DNA from: Prasinococcaceae sp. CCMP 1430
Lineage: Eukaryota; Plantae; Prasinodermophyta
NCBI GenBank assembly: GCA_013416795.1
Contig: RQSC01000029.1
Coordinates: forward strand, 642,230 to 706,229
Direction of reading: 5' to 3'
Length of the DNA stretch: 64,000 nt
The notes beneath the pieces were generated by a model. It worked only from the letters and a program-made list of their open reading frames with translations, did no database searches and was not told the origin of the DNA. Numbering within the stretch: the first letter of the stretch is position 1; the number at the start of each line of letters is the position of its first letter. The position numbers and the translations under genes are program-made. Shown here piece after piece: positions 46,351 to 59,525 of this stretch.

Positions 46351-47712
46351 ATGACGGCGATCGCAGCGCGTGCGCTCGCGGCTGTAGGGGCGCTACCGCG
46401 CGTGCGGCTGCGGTTGCGGCCGCCGCAGCGCCTGCGTGGCCGCTGCCGCGCGCTCGCAGCCGCCACCGCAGGCGATGACGCCATCGATGATGACGGCCCA
46501 TTCGCGCCTGAGATGGAGGGCGTGGGCGCGCACGCGCAGCGCGTGAGGGTATGCGACACCTTCTTGGAGCCATCACTAGCCTCTTCCCTACGGGCCACCT
46601 TCGATGCGCGCCACGCAGACCCGCGCTCCCTCGGCGCCGAGCGCTTCGTCTGGGACTACTGGCATATGCCCGGGCAGTATCGGCAGCTGCGCACGCCGGC
46701 CCAGGACTACTTTAGCAGGTGAGCGGCAGGCAACCGCAGACCTAGCTCTACACCCAGTTCTGTGCTTCGCGCCTGTGCTGACAGAGCTTTCCCTCACGCG
46801 CCCCCTGCGTGCACGTCGCGCGTGCTGCGCACAGCGGCGAGGGCAGCACCGCGGGGGACTGGGAGGCACTAGAGCGCGCGCTGTTGGACTTCGGCCGGCG
46901 CGAGCTCGGTTGCTCGGCTCTCACGCCGCCATGGCTCTCGTCGTACGTGAGCGGCATGCAGCAGGAGTGGCACACGGACAACGTGCACGGGCCGTGGGCA
47001 TTCGTGCTCTCCCTCACGCACTGGGACGAGAGGAAGTTCTCCGGCGGCGAAACCGAACTCCTCACGCAACAAACCCTCGACTACTGGTCGACGTCTGGGG
47101 CCTCCTCCGGTGTTGCCGAGGCACCGCAACTCGTAGAGCGCGTTGAGCCCCTCTTCAACCGCCTTACTCTCTTCGACCCGCGGCTCCCGCACGGCGTCAG
47201 AGAGGTACAGGGCGAGATGGACCCACGCAAGGGCAGGCTCGTGCTGCATGGCTGGTTCACGGAACCTGTGCCTTACTACGAGGTATTCGCGCGCACGCGC
47301 GCCGGAGAGTGCTTGTCTGCGCCGGCGTTTGGAATTCCGCCGGCCACTAACAGCGCGCATGTGCCTCGCGCGCGCACACACGCAGGGCCCTGTGGCTGAA
47401 AGTGACTCGAAGCTCGCTGCTGCGGAGGAGACCATCAACGAGCGTCTGGCTGCACTCTTCGGCGAGCTCGAGCAGCTGCCTCCGTGTTTGGGTACGCTGG
47501 TGGTGCGCATGGACATCTCCGGCAAGGACGGCGCAGTGCGCTCGGTGAGGCCACTCACTGACACAGTGGTGGTTCGCCCCTGCGGCGCGGACGCCGAAGA
47601 GGTGCGCGCACAGGTGATGGCTGAGATCGGGGATGCGCTAGGTACTCTGTGGTTCGACGGTGCCATCGGCGCAGAGGATAGCGAGATCGTTCTGCCGCTC
47701 GTCTTTGAGTGA
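46351..47712 (+). CDS. 2-oxoglutarate/Fe(II)-dependent oxygenase (P4H-like), with transit peptide; 3 exons
   Basis: FVWDYWH, LSSYVSG...WHTDNVHGPWAFVLSL (HxD), FSGGET, FNRLTLFDPRLPHGV (distal His), GRLVLHGWF. Confidence 0.82.
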
Positions 47713-47993
47713 CGACCTCCCTCAAAGTCACGGTAGGGCGTTTGCGTCATCGCGCTGGCATGGGCGTGGGCTGGTGAACGCCAGGCACGTACCACATCCG
47801 CATGATGCTGGCGAGCTGCAGCTTCCTCTCAGCCGAGCGGAAGAGATCGCGCCGTCATTCCTGTAGCAATACCAAACCTTTACCAGCCGTCACTGGAAAG
47901 ATCAGGCTTGCATCGCTCACGACGCCTACAGAGCCTCCTACGCGCGCGGTAGCACTGCACGCAGATATCAGTGTGTCTTGAAGCACGATGGGC

Positions 47994-48025
47994 TCCTCCT
48001 CCTCCTCCTCCTCCTCCTCCTCCTC
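47994..48025 (-). repeat. (GAG)n trinucleotide run (about 10 units)
   Basis: CTCCTC... run on the + strand. Confidence 0.85.
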
Positions 48026-49641
48026 CGCCTGCTGCAGCAGCTGCTTCTGCTCCCCCTTTTTCTTGCGCGGTGGGAGCGCAGTCAGCTCGCCGCCGCCACC
48101 GCCGCCGTCCATCCCCGCAGTGATGGGCGCGGGGTGGGGTGAGATGGGGTGGGGGGAGGCGCCGGGCCAGCGCGCTCGCCTGCGCACTGGCGCGCCGCGC
48201 GACAATGGCGGCACCGTCCCCCGGCGCCGCGCGCGCCCCGCCGCCCGTTTTTTCCGCGAATCAGCAGTTTGATGGCATTTCGCTCCCGTCCGCGCTGTCG
48301 TCGCCGCCGAGAAGATTCCAGCATCTGCGGCGCAAACATCGGGGAGGGAGCGCAAACATCCGCCAGGGAGGACGAGCGAGACGAGACGCCTCATAAAAAT
48401 CCAGAATAAAAAATCAAAACAATCGCCCTCGTTTTGATGGACGCCCCCTTTTTTTGATATCCTTATTTTTTCGTCGACTATGCTTGTGAGAGAGAGACAC
48501 TGTGCTGTTTGTTGGTGTCCGGCCGGGAGGGCCGGCCGCCGCGACGAACACCCCCGAGAACACGCGCGCGCGCGCCGCGCCCCTTTTTCGCGCGGCGCGA
48601 ACCGGCGAACGGCGCCTGGGCGGCGCCATCCGAACGCATCCGAACGGCCAAAAACCGCGGCGGGCGCCGATCGGCGCGCGCGTCCGGCAAACCTTTTTTT
48701 TTTTTTTTTGGCTCCCCCCCGCGCGCGCCTCGAAACCGCCGCTGCCTCGCCGTGCCGGGAAGCGCAAAGGCAAAGCCAAATGTCCCGGAATCCCATTTCA
48801 AATTAGAGAATACTTGTAAAATATATTGCTAATTGACCTGATTAATAATAATAGCGGATTTGAAATTGGGGGTTGATCTTCTTCATCAGCATCAGCCCTG
48901 CAGCGGGGGCGCCTGCGGGCGCCACAACGCGCGCGGCAGCTCTGGAAGGAAGACCGAGCAGGGTGCGCCGTCGCATACTTCCACGAGGCGGCGGCGCCGG
49001 TGTGGCGGTGGCGGCGCGTACGGCGCCAGGGGGGCTCGGGCGCGTTTTTTTTTTTCGCAGGCGCAGCGTGCGGGCGAGTGTTAGGGGTTGGCTGCGCCCC
49101 CGGGGAGGGGAGGGCCCGGTCCGGAGGGAGGGGCTGTGCGCGCTCCTGGGAGCGGAGGGACGCCCGCGCGCGTTGCGAGGAACCGATCGGGACTCGTGGG
49201 GGCGCCCTAGCTCCCGCGAGCCCCGATCGTCGCCCGCGGGCCCGCGCGCTGAGCGTGCTCTGCAGTGGCGACGTCAGCGTCAGCCGCAGCAGCTGGGCGG
49301 CGGCGGGACGTGGCGGATGCAGCGCACGTGGCGGCGGCAACGGCGCCGCGCCGAGCTTGCCTCACGATGCGGACGCGTGCGCGACTTCATGTTGCAAATG
49401 CCCGCAAGCGACTGGCCCCGCTACGCAGTGGCGGGCGATCGATCGCTTGGCGCCGCGCACAATGGGGACGCGCTGGCGAGGGCTCGACGCTAACACCCCG
49501 AGCCGCTCCTTGTTGTATGTGCCTGCATGCTAACTGTGGCGGCGCCTGCTGGCCTGGCCGATCCCATCCCTCACCCCCTCACCCCCATCCGACCCCACCC
49601 GCTTCACCTACCGCAACACCTGCTGGCACATGCGCACATAG

Positions 49642-52600
49642 TTGCCCAACGTTGGCATCAACAGCCAGTTCATCACGTTCACCCATGTGACGATGGAAAG
49701 CGAGAAGTACGTGTGTGTGCGCGAGACCGGCGGCAACAATTCTGTCGTGATCATCGACATGGCAAACCCCATGCAGCCGCTGCGCAGGCCCATCACGGCC
49801 GACTCGGCACTCATCAACCCCAACTCCAAGGTGATCGCACTGAAGGCCGCCATCCCCAACACGACGCAGGACCATCTGCAGATCTTCAACATCGACGCCA
49901 AGGCCAAGATCAAGTCCTTCCAGATGCCTGAGCAGGTGGTGTTCTGGAAGTGGATCACGCCCGGCATGATCGGCATCGTTACGGCCGGCGCGGTGTACCA
50001 CTGGGGAATGGATGGCGCCTCCGACCCTGTGAAGGTGTTCGACCGCACCGCCAACCTCGAGGGCAACCAGATCATCAACTACCGCTGCTCGCCGGACATG
50101 AAGTGGCTGGTTCTGGTGGGAATCACCGCGGGCAGCCCCGAGCGCCCGCAGCTGGTCAAGGGCAACATGCAGCTCTTCTCGGTGGAGCAGACGCGCTCGC
50201 AGGCGCTGGAGGCGCACGCCGCCGCCTTCGGTCAGGTGAACGGCACCAACGTCATCACCTTCTCCACCAAGACGGTGGCGAACGGCGCGCTCACCTCCAA
50301 GCTGCACATTGTGCCTCTGGGAGGCACCGGCTTCACCAAGAAGCAGGCGGACCTCTTCTTTCCGCAGGAGTTCGCCGATGACTTCCCGGTGTCCATGCAG
50401 GTGAGCGAGAAGTACGGCCTGATCTACGTGATCACGAAGCTCGGCCTGCTCTTCGTGTACGACCTCGAGACTGCCACCGCCGTGTACCGCAACCGCATCT
50501 CGCCGGACCCCGTTTTCCTCACGGCGTCCTCCGAGGCCACCGGCGGCTTCTACGCGATCAACCGCCGCGGCCAGGTTCTGCTCGCCACTGTCAACGACCA
50601 GACGATCGTACCCTTCATCAGCGGCCAGCTGAACAACGCGGAGCTCGCCATGAGCATCGCCAAGCGCGCCAACCTCGCGGGCGCCGGTGACCTGGTCTTC
50701 CGCCAGTTCGACCAGCTCTTCGCGCAGGGCAACTACAAGGGCGCGGCCGAGCTCGCGGCGCAGAGCCCGCAGGGCGCGCTGCGCACGCCGGAGACCATCG
50801 CCAAGTTCCAGCAGGTGCCGGTGCAGCCGGGGCAGACCTCGCCGCTGCTGCAGTACTTCGGCACGCTGCTCACCAAGGGCGGCCTTAATGCCATCGAGTC
50901 CGTGGAGCTCGCGAAGCTGGTCATCTCGCAAAACAAGAAGCAGCTGCTGGACAACTGGATGGGCGAGAACAAGCTTGAGTGCTCCGAGGAACTCGGCGAC
51001 CTGCTCGCGCAGTCGGACCAGGACATGGCCCTCAAGGTGTACGTCAAGGCGCAGGCGAGCCCGAAGGTCGTCATGATGCTGGCGCAGAAGAAGGAGTACG
51101 AGAAGATCGCGAAGTACTCGCAGCAGGTGGGCTACACGCCGGACTGGCTGCAGCTGATGATGCAGATGCTCATGCACGACGGCCAGGGCGCTGTCAACCT
51201 CGCGCTGATGATCGTGCAGCAGGACCCGCCCGGCCTCGACCTCAACACCATTACGGATCTGTTCCTCCAGCGGAACATGATCCGCGAGGCCACGAGCTTT
51301 CTGCTGGACGTGCTCAAGCCCAATCTGCCCGAGCACGCCATGCTGCAGACGAAGGTGCTCGAAATCAACCTCATCACCTTCCCAAATGTTGCCGACGCCA
51401 TCCTGGGCAACGGCATGTTCACGCACTACGACCGCCCGCGCATCGCGCAGCTGTGCGAGAAGGCCGGCCTGTACCTGCGCGCGCTGTCGCACTACACCGA
51501 CTTGCCGGACATCAAGCGCTGCGTGGTGAACACGAACGCCATTGAGCCGCAGGCCCTCACCGAGTTCTTCGGCACGCTCAGCCGCGAGTGGGCGCTCGAC
51601 TGTCTCAAGGAGCTTCTCACGCTCAACCTGCGCCAGAACCTGCAGCTGGCCGTGCAGATCATGAAGGAGTACACCGAGCAGCTCACCGCCGAGTCGTGCA
51701 TTGAGCTGCTCGAGTCCTTCAACTCGTACGAGGGCCTGTACTTCTACCTGGGCTCGTACATCGCCTTCTCGGAGGACAAGGACGTGCACTACAAGTACAT
51801 CGAGGCCGCCGCAAAGACCGGCCAGATCAAGGAGGTGGAGCGCGTGACGCGCGAGTCGAACAACTTCGAGCCTGAGCCCGTCAAGCAGTTCCTCATGGAG
51901 GCCAAGCTCCCGGACGCGCGCCCGCTGATCAATGTGTGCGACAGGTACGGCTTCGTCCACGACCTGACGACCTACCTGTACGACAACTCGATGCTGCGCT
52001 ACATCGAGGGCTACTGTCAGAAGGTGAACCCCAGCAACACCCCCGAGGTGGTCGGCGCGCTGCTCGACAAGGAGTGCGACGAGGACTTCATCAAGAACCT
52101 CATCGTGTCGGTGCGCTCGCTGATCCCGGTCGAGAAGCTCTGCGAGGAGGTGGAGAAGCGCAACAAGGTCAAGATCTTGAGCGCCTTCCTCGAGCACCTC
52201 GTCAACGAGGGCTCTACCGACGTGCACGTGCACAATGCGCTCGGCAAGATCATCGTTGACTCCAACAACAACCCTGACCACTTCCTCACCACCAACCCGT
52301 ACTACGACAGCGTGGTGGTCGGCAAGTACTGCGAGAAGCGCGACCCCAACCTCGCGTGCGTTGCGTACAAACGCGGCCAGTGCGACATGGAGCTGGTGGC
52401 CGTCACCAACAAGCACTCGCTCTTCAAGCTGCAGGCGCGCTACATCACCGAGCGCATGGACCTGGAGCTGTGGGAGCAGGTGCTCGACGAAGGGAATGAG
52501 TTCCGCCGCCACCTGATCGACCAGGTCGTTTCGACCGCGCTACCCGAGGCCAAGAACCCTGAGCAGGTGTCTGTGACCGTCAAGGCCTTCATCAACGCAG

Positions 52601-54627
52601 ACCTTCCCAACGAGCTCATCGAGCTGCTGGAGAAGATCGTGCTACAGAACTCGGCATTCAGCGGCAACCCCAACCTGCAGAACCTGCTTATTCTGACGGC
52701 GATCAAGGCCGACAAGACGCGCGTGATGGACTACGTCAACCGCATGGACAACTTTGACGGCGCTGCGGTGGGCGACATCGCAGTGGGCTCGGAGCTGTAC
52801 GACGAGGCCTACGCCATCTACAAGAAGTTCAAGCTGCACTCGCAGGCCATCTCGGTCCTCATCGACAACCTGCAGGACTTCGAGCGCGCGCAAGATTTCG
52901 CGAGCAAGGTGGAGGAGCCGGAGGTGTGGGCTGTGCTGGCGCGCGCCATGCTCAATACGGGCGACGTCGCAGGCGCCATATCTGGCTTCCTCAAGGCGGG
53001 CGACTCCACAGACAATGCGGCCGTCATTGAGGCCGCCGAGGCTGCGGGCGAGTACGAGGCGCTCGTCAAGTATCTGCAGATGACGCGCAAGAAGGTCAAG
53101 GAGGCGCGCGTGGACAGCGCGCTGTGCTACGCGTTCGCGAAAACCGGCGCGCTCGGTGAGCTCGAGGAGTTCCTCACGGTGCCCAACTCGGCGGACATCA
53201 GTGCGTGCGGCGACAAGTGCTACGACGAGGGCCTGTACGAGGCCGCCAAGGTGCTCTTTACAAACGTGTCCAACTGGGCGCGCCTCGCGAGCACACTTGT
53301 CAAGCTTGGGCAATACCAGGCGGCCGTGGACGCCGCACGCAAGGCCAACTCGATGCGCACCTGGAAGGAGGTGTGCTTCGAGTGCGTTCTGCGCGACGAG
53401 ACGCGCCTGGCGCAGGTGGCTGGTCTGAACATCATTGTGCACGCGGATGAGCTCGACGAGGTGTCCGAGTTCTACCAGCGCAAGGGCAAGTTCGACCAGC
53501 TCCAGGCACTGCTCGAGGCCGGTCTGGGGCTGGAGCGCGCGCACATGGGCATCTTCACCGAGCTCGGCATCATGTACGCCAGGTTTGCGCCCGAGAAGCT
53601 CATGGAACACATCAAGCTCTACGCCACGCGCGTGAACATCCCGCGCCTCATCCGCACGTGCGACGAGCAGCAGCACTGGAAGGAGCTCGCGTTCCTTTAC
53701 TGCCAGTATGACGAGTACGACAACGCCGCCGTCACCATCATGACGCACTCGCCGGACGCGTGGGAGCACTCAACCTTCAAGGATGTGCTGGTCAAGGTGG
53801 CAAACATGGAGCTCTACTACCGTGCGATCAACTTCTACCTCGACGAGCAGCCTCAGCTTGTCAACGAGCTGCTGGCGGTGCTGTCGAGCCGCGTGGATCA
53901 CTCGCGCGTGGTCGACCTGCTGCGTCGCGCAGGCCAACTGTCGCTCGCGAGGCCTTACCTGGAGCAGGCGCAGCAGGCCAACCTTGCCGCGGTCAACGAG
54001 GCCGTCAACCAGCTGTGCGTGGACGAGGAGGACTACGAGGCGCTGCGCGCTTCCATCGATACCTATGACAACTTTGACGCTGTGGCACTCGCCGTCAGCA
54101 TCGAGAAGCATGAGCTGCTCGAGTTCCGCCGCGTGGCCGCCACGCTGTACAAGAACAACAAGCGCTACCGCAAGTCGATGGAGCTGTCCAAGGAGGACAA
54201 GCTCTACAAGGACGCGATGGAGACTGCGGCGATGAGCGGTGAGCACGAGCTGGTGCAGGAGCTCATGCACTTCTTCGTGGACAACCAGATGAAGGAGTGC
54301 TTCGCCGCCTGCCTGTACACGTGCTACGACCTGGTGAAGGTTGACGTGGCTCTCGAGCTCGCGTGGCTCAACGGTATGATGGAGTTCGTCATGCCCTACC
54401 TCATCCAGTCGATCCGCCACTACACCGGCCTCGTGGACAAGCTGGAGCAGGCGCGCCTCGACGCCGTCGCCGAGGAGGCCAACAAAAAGGCTGCGGAGAA
54501 GCAGGAGGAGCAGCAGGCCAACATGTACCAGCAGCTGCTGCCGCCGGCGCTTCCTGCTCCGGAAATGCCCAACGGGCAGCAGGGCTACCCAGGACAGCCG
54601 GGCTTCGGCGGCCCTGGGGGCTACTAA
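49642..54627 (+). CDS. CHC: Clathrin heavy chain; large exon 49642-54627; short first exon not located
   Basis: [45 protein letters not shown] repeats, [36 protein letters not shown] acceptor precedes 49642. Confidence 0.98.
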   Translation: MPNVGINSQFITFTHVTMESEKYVCVRETGGNNSVVIIDMANPMQPLRRPITADSALINPNSKVIALKAAIPNTTQDHLQIFNIDAKAKIKSFQMPEQVVFWKWITPGMIGIVTAGAVYHWGMDGASDPVKVFDRTANLEGNQIINYRCSPDMKWLVLVGITAGSPERPQLVKGNMQLFSVEQTRSQALEAHAAAFGQVNGTNVITFSTKTVANGALTSKLHIVPLGGTGFTKKQADLFFPQEFADDFPVSMQVSEKYGLIYVITKLGLLFVYDLETATAVYRNRISPDPVFLTASSEATGGFYAINRRGQVLLATVNDQTIVPFISGQLNNAELAMSIAKRANLAGAGDLVFRQFDQLFAQGNYKGAAELAAQSPQGALRTPETIAKFQQVPVQPGQTSPLLQYFGTLLTKGGLNAIESVELAKLVISQNKKQLLDNWMGENKLECSEELGDLLAQSDQDMALKVYVKAQASPKVVMMLAQKKEYEKIAKYSQQVGYTPDWLQLMMQMLMHDGQGAVNLALMIVQQDPPGLDLNTITDLFLQRNMIREATSFLLDVLKPNLPEHAMLQTKVLEINLITFPNVADAILGNGMFTHYDRPRIAQLCEKAGLYLRALSHYTDLPDIKRCVVNTNAIEPQALTEFFGTLSREWALDCLKELLTLNLRQNLQLAVQIMKEYTEQLTAESCIELLESFNSYEGLYFYLGSYIAFSEDKDVHYKYIEAAAKTGQIKEVERVTRESNNFEPEPVKQFLMEAKLPDARPLINVCDRYGFVHDLTTYLYDNSMLRYIEGYCQKVNPSNTPEVVGALLDKECDEDFIKNLIVSVRSLIPVEKLCEEVEKRNKVKILSAFLEHLVNEGSTDVHVHNALGKIIVDSNNNPDHFLTTNPYYDSVVVGKYCEKRDPNLACVAYKRGQCDMELVAVTNKHSLFKLQARYITERMDLELWEQVLDEGNEFRRHLIDQVVSTALPEAKNPEQVSVTVKAFINADLPNELIELLEKIVLQNSAFSGNPNLQNLLILTAIKADKTRVMDYVNRMDNFDGAAVGDIAVGSELYDEAYAIYKKFKLHSQAISVLIDNLQDFERAQDFASKVEEPEVWAVLARAMLNTGDVAGAISGFLKAGDSTDNAAVIEAAEAAGEYEALVKYLQMTRKKVKEARVDSALCYAFAKTGALGELEEFLTVPNSADISACGDKCYDEGLYEAAKVLFTNVSNWARLASTLVKLGQYQAAVDAARKANSMRTWKEVCFECVLRDETRLAQVAGLNIIVHADELDEVSEFYQRKGKFDQLQALLEAGLGLERAHMGIFTELGIMYARFAPEKLMEHIKLYATRVNIPRLIRTCDEQQHWKELAFLYCQYDEYDNAAVTIMTHSPDAWEHSTFKDVLVKVANMELYYRAINFYLDEQPQLVNELLAVLSSRVDHSRVVDLLRRAGQLSLARPYLEQAQQANLAAVNEAVNQLCVDEEDYEALRASIDTYDNFDAVALAVSIEKHELLEFRRVAATLYKNNKRYRKSMELSKEDKLYKDAMETAAMSGEHELVQELMHFFVDNQMKECFAACLYTCYDLVKVDVALELAWLNGMMEFVMPYLIQSIRHYTGLVDKLEQARLDAVAEEANKKAAEKQEEQQANMYQQLLPPALPAPEMPNGQQGYPGQPGFGGPGGY

Positions 54628-54739
54628 AGAGGGTGTAATCGGGGCAGGAAAAAGGAACTAAATGAATGCCGCAGGGGCGCGCACCAGCTGCGGCGACCTG
54701 TGACCTGTAAACATTGAAAGAATGTCATAAGATGCGCGT

Positions 54740-56668
54740 CTAGTTCCACCACGCGGTCCAAGCGCCGTTGTCGTGCTCGCCGCAGCCAGGCAGCTTGTCC
54801 ATCGTGTCGATTCGCTGGCCCTCCGATAATTGCATGCTGCTGCCGTCGGGCAGCAGCGCGTACAGCGGGAACTCCGCGCGCGGAAGCCTCTCCATGGCTG
54901 GCAGCATTGTGCAGCAGGGACAGCCCCCGCTCCCGTCGCCATCCGAGCACAACATGACGCGCGAGCCCTCCTCCACGTCGCGGAAGAATGTGTGGCTTGC
55001 CACGATGCCCCTGTCTAGCTCGCCGTCGTCGTTGGACGGATCAAAACAGCCGCCGACGAGGTCCTCGGGCGGCGGGCGAGGCGCGTCCGCGCGCGCGCAC
55101 GCGCGCGTGCCGTTGGCGAAGTGCAACGTCTCCTCGCCAAGTGGGCACACGTCCCAGACGCCGAAGAGGTCCAGAATATTCGCGCGCTTCGGAGCCATCG
55201 CGTACACCATGTGCACGCCCACCAGCGCGTGGCCGAGCGGGCCCGGTGCTGGCATCACCGGCGCTGAGGCGAAGCCCTCGAACCCGCATGTACTGCGCGC
55301 ACGTCCCTGCCGCCCGAGCAGCTCGCGCGCATACGCGCCCGGGCGCACGTGCGCGCCCGCTTGTGCAGGCGCGCGCGCGCGCCTGTCGGTGCTTGCGAGC
55401 GCCCTGCGCGCCGAGGGCTGTGCGGGCGGCGCGCTGGGGTGGTACTTGCGCATAAGAGGCGAGGCGTGCGTGAGTAGCTTGGCGCATGCCTTTCCGAAGA
55501 GCCAATCAGGCGCGCCTGCCACCAGCTCAACACTGCCGCTGCCAACCTTCGGCAATAGTCGCGCGTAGCGCACATCCGCGCGCGCGCGCAGCTCGTTCAC
55601 GGTGTCGCACGCGTGCGCGTCATGCGGGCATGCCCCCGGCGAGTAGAAGTCGAGCGCGTCGCCCCGCGAGTTGTACCAGATTTCCCTCTCCACGCGCTTG
55701 TTGGTCTCCACGCGGAAGAGGGGCTGATCGAGCAAGGCCTCCTTTTGGACCGTCTTCCCAGCCTTCAAGATGGGGTCTCCTTCCAAGCGCCTCAGGATGG
55801 TCTCAACCGTTTCGTCGAGCACCTCCAGCACAGGTCCGTCCGACGCGACGTTTTGCACGTACAGCATCCCAATGTTCATCTCGAGACGCGTCCTGGAGTG
55901 TAAGCAGACGTCCAGGTCCGCGCCCGCGGGGTGGCGCCCGACCTCCTCGCCCAGCTGCTCCGCCACCCACTCCTCCGTCACCGGCGTCAAAGCCGTGTTG
56001 ACGCGGGCATGGTCGCACGAGGGCCGCGTGAACTCCTGGAACAGGTCCACCTGCGTCAGCATGTTGAACCTGCCCATGTACGGCCCATGCAGCATGGGGT
56101 AGGGGTCCTCGCCGAAGAAGACGTCCGAGTCGAGGCGCAGCACGTTAGCGCCGCGCTCGCGCGCGGCTCGCGCGACGTAGTGCCACTGCTTTGCCCACAT
56201 GATGAACATCTCGTCGTGGGACACCCCCCAGCGTGCCTGCCCTCCGTGGTCGGCCCACTTGCTACTCCACGCACAGCCGTCCACGCCGTAGCCCCGCTGC
56301 AGCCGCCTGCAGAGCGCCTCAGAGCTGGTGAGCATCAGGTAGTGCGTGATGCCCAGTCGCTCGAGGTTGCGCACGAGCGACACCGCGAAATCCACCGCGA
56401 GGGTGTTGAGAGTTGGGTCCTTCACAGCCCTCCGCGAGTCTTTGGTGTCGCCGACGCACATCATGATGAGCTCCCGCCCTGTATCGCCGCCCATACGCGC
56501 GGCGAGCGCCGCATCGAAGACGCCCTCGGCCTCCAGGTCGCCGCCCGGGAAGGGGATAGCGCGCTGGCGCTGGGCCGTGCGCCCGCGGGCGCCGCGCGTC
56601 GGCACCAGCGCGAGCGCCAGCGCGAGCACCAGCGCCGGCGCCAGCGCCAGCGCGCCGCGCCGCGCCAT
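54740..56668 (-). CDS. Nucleotide-diphospho-sugar transferase (GT77-like) Golgi type II/secreted glycosyltransferase
   Basis: Hydrophobic N-terminus; NLERLGITHYLML; NVLRLDSDVFFGEDPY (DxD motif); MNIGMLYV; a possible intron near 55300-55450. Confidence 0.8.
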   Translation of the reverse strand: MARRGALALAPALVLALALALVPTRGARGRTAQRQRAIPFPGGDLEAEGVFDAALAARMGGDTGRELIMMCVGDTKDSRRAVKDPTLNTLAVDFAVSLVRNLERLGITHYLMLTSSEALCRRLQRGYGVDGCAWSSKWADHGGQARWGVSHDEMFIMWAKQWHYVARAARERGANVLRLDSDVFFGEDPYPMLHGPYMGRFNMLTQVDLFQEFTRPSCDHARVNTALTPVTEEWVAEQLGEEVGRHPAGADLDVCLHSRTRLEMNIGMLYVQNVASDGPVLEVLDETVETILRRLEGDPILKAGKTVQKEALLDQPLFRVETNKRVEREIWYNSRGDALDFYSPGACPHDAHACDTVNELRARADVRYARLLPKVGSGSVELVAGAPDWLFGKACAKLLTHASPLMRKYHPSAPPAQPSARRALASTDRRARAPAQAGAHVRPGAYARELLGRQGRARSTCGFEGFASAPVMPAPGPLGHALVGVHMVYAMAPKRANILDLFGVWDVCPLGEETLHFANGTRACARADAPRPPPEDLVGGCFDPSNDDGELDRGIVASHTFFRDVEEGSRVMLCSDGDGSGGCPCCTMLPAMERLPRAEFPLYALLPDGSSMQLSEGQRIDTMDKLPGCGEHDNGAWTAWWN

Positions 56669-56867
56669 CCGAGCCGGGGTAGCGAGCGCTGCTCCTCCCC
56701 CTTCCCCTCTCAGGTGCGTTCGCAAATGTGTGTGAGCGTGTGTGTGTGAGCGCGCGCGCGCGTGCGTGCGTGCGCGTTGGTATACCCCTCCCTTCCCCCC
56801 TCTGCCCCACTCCCGCCAACCCCCCACCCGCCCCACCCGCCCCCACCCAACCCCGCACCGCTACCAG

Positions 56868-57286
56868 TCTGCGCCGCCGCGGCGCAGCAGCAGCCGGCGC
56901 GCGCGGCCGGGTTGCCGGACTTGCCGGGCGCGCTCGATGCGTCCGCGCTGGCCTCGTACGTCGCGCAGGAGTGCGGCATGAGCGCAGTCGCCGGGGCTGC
57001 GTGCGGCGTGCTGATTAAGACCGCCGCCAAGCTCCTCCTGGTGACCTCTGTTGGCGTCGCCGCAGTGATCTACCTCCTCACACGCCACGGCCTCGTCACC
57101 GTGCACACCGACGCGCTCGGGGTTGCCGCTCGCGCTGCGGCCGGCCTCGCTGACGTCGATGGCAACGGCGTGGTCGACGCGCGCGACCTCGACGCCGCGA
57201 TCAAGGCGCTCGAGAAGAAGGCCGGCGGCGTGCTTCCCGACGTCGCTGGTTTTTCCATGGGACTCATGCTGGGCCTTAAGCTCTGA
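56868..57286 (+). CDS. FUN14 family mitochondrial outer-membrane protein; start unresolved
   Basis: GMSAVAGAACGVLIKTAAKLLL...LTRHGLVTVH..., DVDGNGVVDARD insert, VAGFSMGLMLGLK. Confidence 0.75.
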
Positions 57287-57468
57287 GCGGTCAGGCTTCG
57301 CGCAGGTGACACGCGCACACAACGAGGTGGACAGAGGAGGGGGGAAAGAGAGAGAGAGCACATGTCATGTCGCTCTCTGGAGAATCAGCTTGTAAAGTCT
57401 AGCTCGCTCGCTCTAGTAACGTACAGAAATGGTACACTACACAGTCGAGGGCCGGCGTGTGGGCGCAT

Positions 57469-58971
57469 TCAGTCGCTGGCGACGGTGGCTGCCGCCAGCG
57501 TGTACGCTTGCGTGTCCTCCTCGTCTTCAGAGCCGCCCGCGGGGCCTGCTCGCCCGCCCGCCGTGTCTGTGTCGTCCCGCGCAGCGAGCGCCACGCCACC
57601 GCACCCAATGGCCCCCGCGTTCCCAATGCGGCGGTGTGCCGCCGAGCCCTGCTGTGGCGCTGTCGTGGCGCCGGCGCCGGCGCCAGCAGCAGGCACGACG
57701 CCGCGCGCGTCCACGGCGTACGCCACAACGGCATTTGGTGCCAGCGGCGACTTGGCGATGCTGAGTAGCCGCCTGCCGCCGTCGGCCTCCACCACGAGGC
57801 GGGTGTTGACGGCATGCGCCCAGTTGTACCCGAGCGCCGCAGTCAGATACGAGTCCTTGCCCTCACCCATCCCGCCGCGGCCGCGCGCCTCCTGCTCATC
57901 TCCGCCGTCGTCATGACCGCCTGCTCGTCGCCCAACCAGTGCGTGTGCCGCCCCCCCGCCCATCATCGTAGTCACCTGCGGCGAGTGGGGCGGCGCAAGT
58001 CAGTGGCTTTGGGACCGCGCGCGATGCGCGTGAGGTCTCGCGATGGCATCGCCGAGCAACACGCAGCCTGTAGGCGTGCCCCGCAGGCGCGCGTGCAAGC
58101 TGGCAGCACCCGGGCACACACACCCACAAACACGCACACATCGCTCATACATCGCTCACGCAACTTGGTTCACCGTGAAGACCGGTATGTTGAAATTCTC
58201 CGCGTAGCGCTTGAGAACGGCCGCCTGCCTGCCGAGCACCTCGTTGTTGCGCTTGCGGTCCTCCGCCGTCTCAGCGCTCGCGGCGCGCACCAGTGAGGCG
58301 ATGGAGTCCACCACGATGAGGCGGATGTTGCGCATGACGATGTGTTGCTCCAGGTCGACCATCAGCTGCAGCAGCTGCGCGCCGGCGCCATCCCCTCCGC
58401 CGTGCCCCCCTTCGACGTACGGCGAGAATACCAGGACGCGCTCAGCGAGGCTCTGCGCGGCCTCGGGCGCGTCATACTGCCCGGCAAAGCGCGCGCGCGC
58501 GATCTGCAGCAGGCGCGCCGACGAGAACTTGTTCTCGGTGTCAAAGTATGCCACCGCCCCGCCCAGCCCGCCCGCGTCTGGCGCGCGTGTGGCCACAACG
58601 CTGAGAGTCAGACAAAGCTGGGTCTTTCCCAGCCCCGCGGGCCCCACGACTTCGGTAATCGAGCCTGCAGGCACGCCGCCGCGCAGGGCAGCGTCAATCT
58701 CGTAGAGGCCGGTCGGCAGGCAGCGTCGCTCGGCCGCGCTGAGGAGGTCGAGGGCAGTGCGCTGCTTGGGCGCGGCGGCAGCACTCGCCGCAGCGACGGC
58801 CACGGCGGCCTCGCCGGGCAGCAGCCCAGCCTCGATAGCGTCCAGCGCCGACGCGCCGAGCAGCTCTTCGGCGGTGTGCACGCCGGCCGACGCTAAGCGC
58901 GCGAGCGCGCCGCTCTCCAGCCCGCAGCGCTCCAGGCGGAACTGGCCGCCTCCCACAGCAGTGGTGGGCAT
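57469..58971 (-). CDS. RAD51B: RAD51 paralogue B; one intron at ~58165-57960
   Basis: LPTGLYEIDAALRGG, ITEVVGPAGLGKTQ (Walker A), YFDTE, LIVVDSIA (Walker B), VNQV, LTAALGYNWAHAVNTRL, IAKSP. Confidence 0.88.
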
Positions 58972-59525
58972 CGGCAACCCCGTCGCTCTCTGCGCGCGGA
59001 AAAGCGCCCCAGCAGCGACAGCGCCGGCGAGCGGCGGCGAGCAGCGGCGAGCGGCGCGGCGCGGCCTGCCACGCGCAAGCGCGCGGCGGCAGCCGCTGCC
59101 GCGTACCCGCCAAACCTTCCTCGCACCCGCCCGCCGCCGGCCTCGCCCGAGCACGCCTGCGTGCGCACTGTGGCTCGCGGCCCCGGCCCGCGCTGCTCCC
59201 GCCGAAAGGAGTTCGAAATTGATTTTGCTGTTACTCGGTGCGCACGCGGCGCTGCGCTCCGTGCAGGCAGCGGCGGGCGTGCTGTGGTGGGGTGTGGAAG
59301 AGGGGCGCGCCCCGCCTCCTCTCCCCCTTGAGCTCCCATTCGCGTGTGTTTTGCGCGCGCCGCGCGCGTGTGCGCTGCGCACGGGCATGCAGAGGCCGTC
59401 GCACATGCACGTAGCGTTATCACGACATGTCGACGCGGTAGGTTTGCTGCTTGCCAAGATCGCAACATGCGCTAAAAACTGATTGGCTTACACAATGGAC
59501 GACCATCGATGTCAATACAGGTCTG

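Noticed and set aside
47740-48113. Minus-strand Glu-rich ORF ending at TGA 47857-47855, with an open continuation RRDLFRSAERKLQLASIMRMW (possible second selenoprotein)
   Set aside because: No CxxU or other known selenoprotein context, no SECIS seen, and the continuation overlaps the 3' UTR of the oxygenase gene. RNA-seq and Seblastian would be needed to revive it.
48400-49260. ORFs upstream of clathrin, including a possible first exon
   Set aside because: Poly-T garbling; no segment matching the clathrin N-terminus with a usable donor was found.
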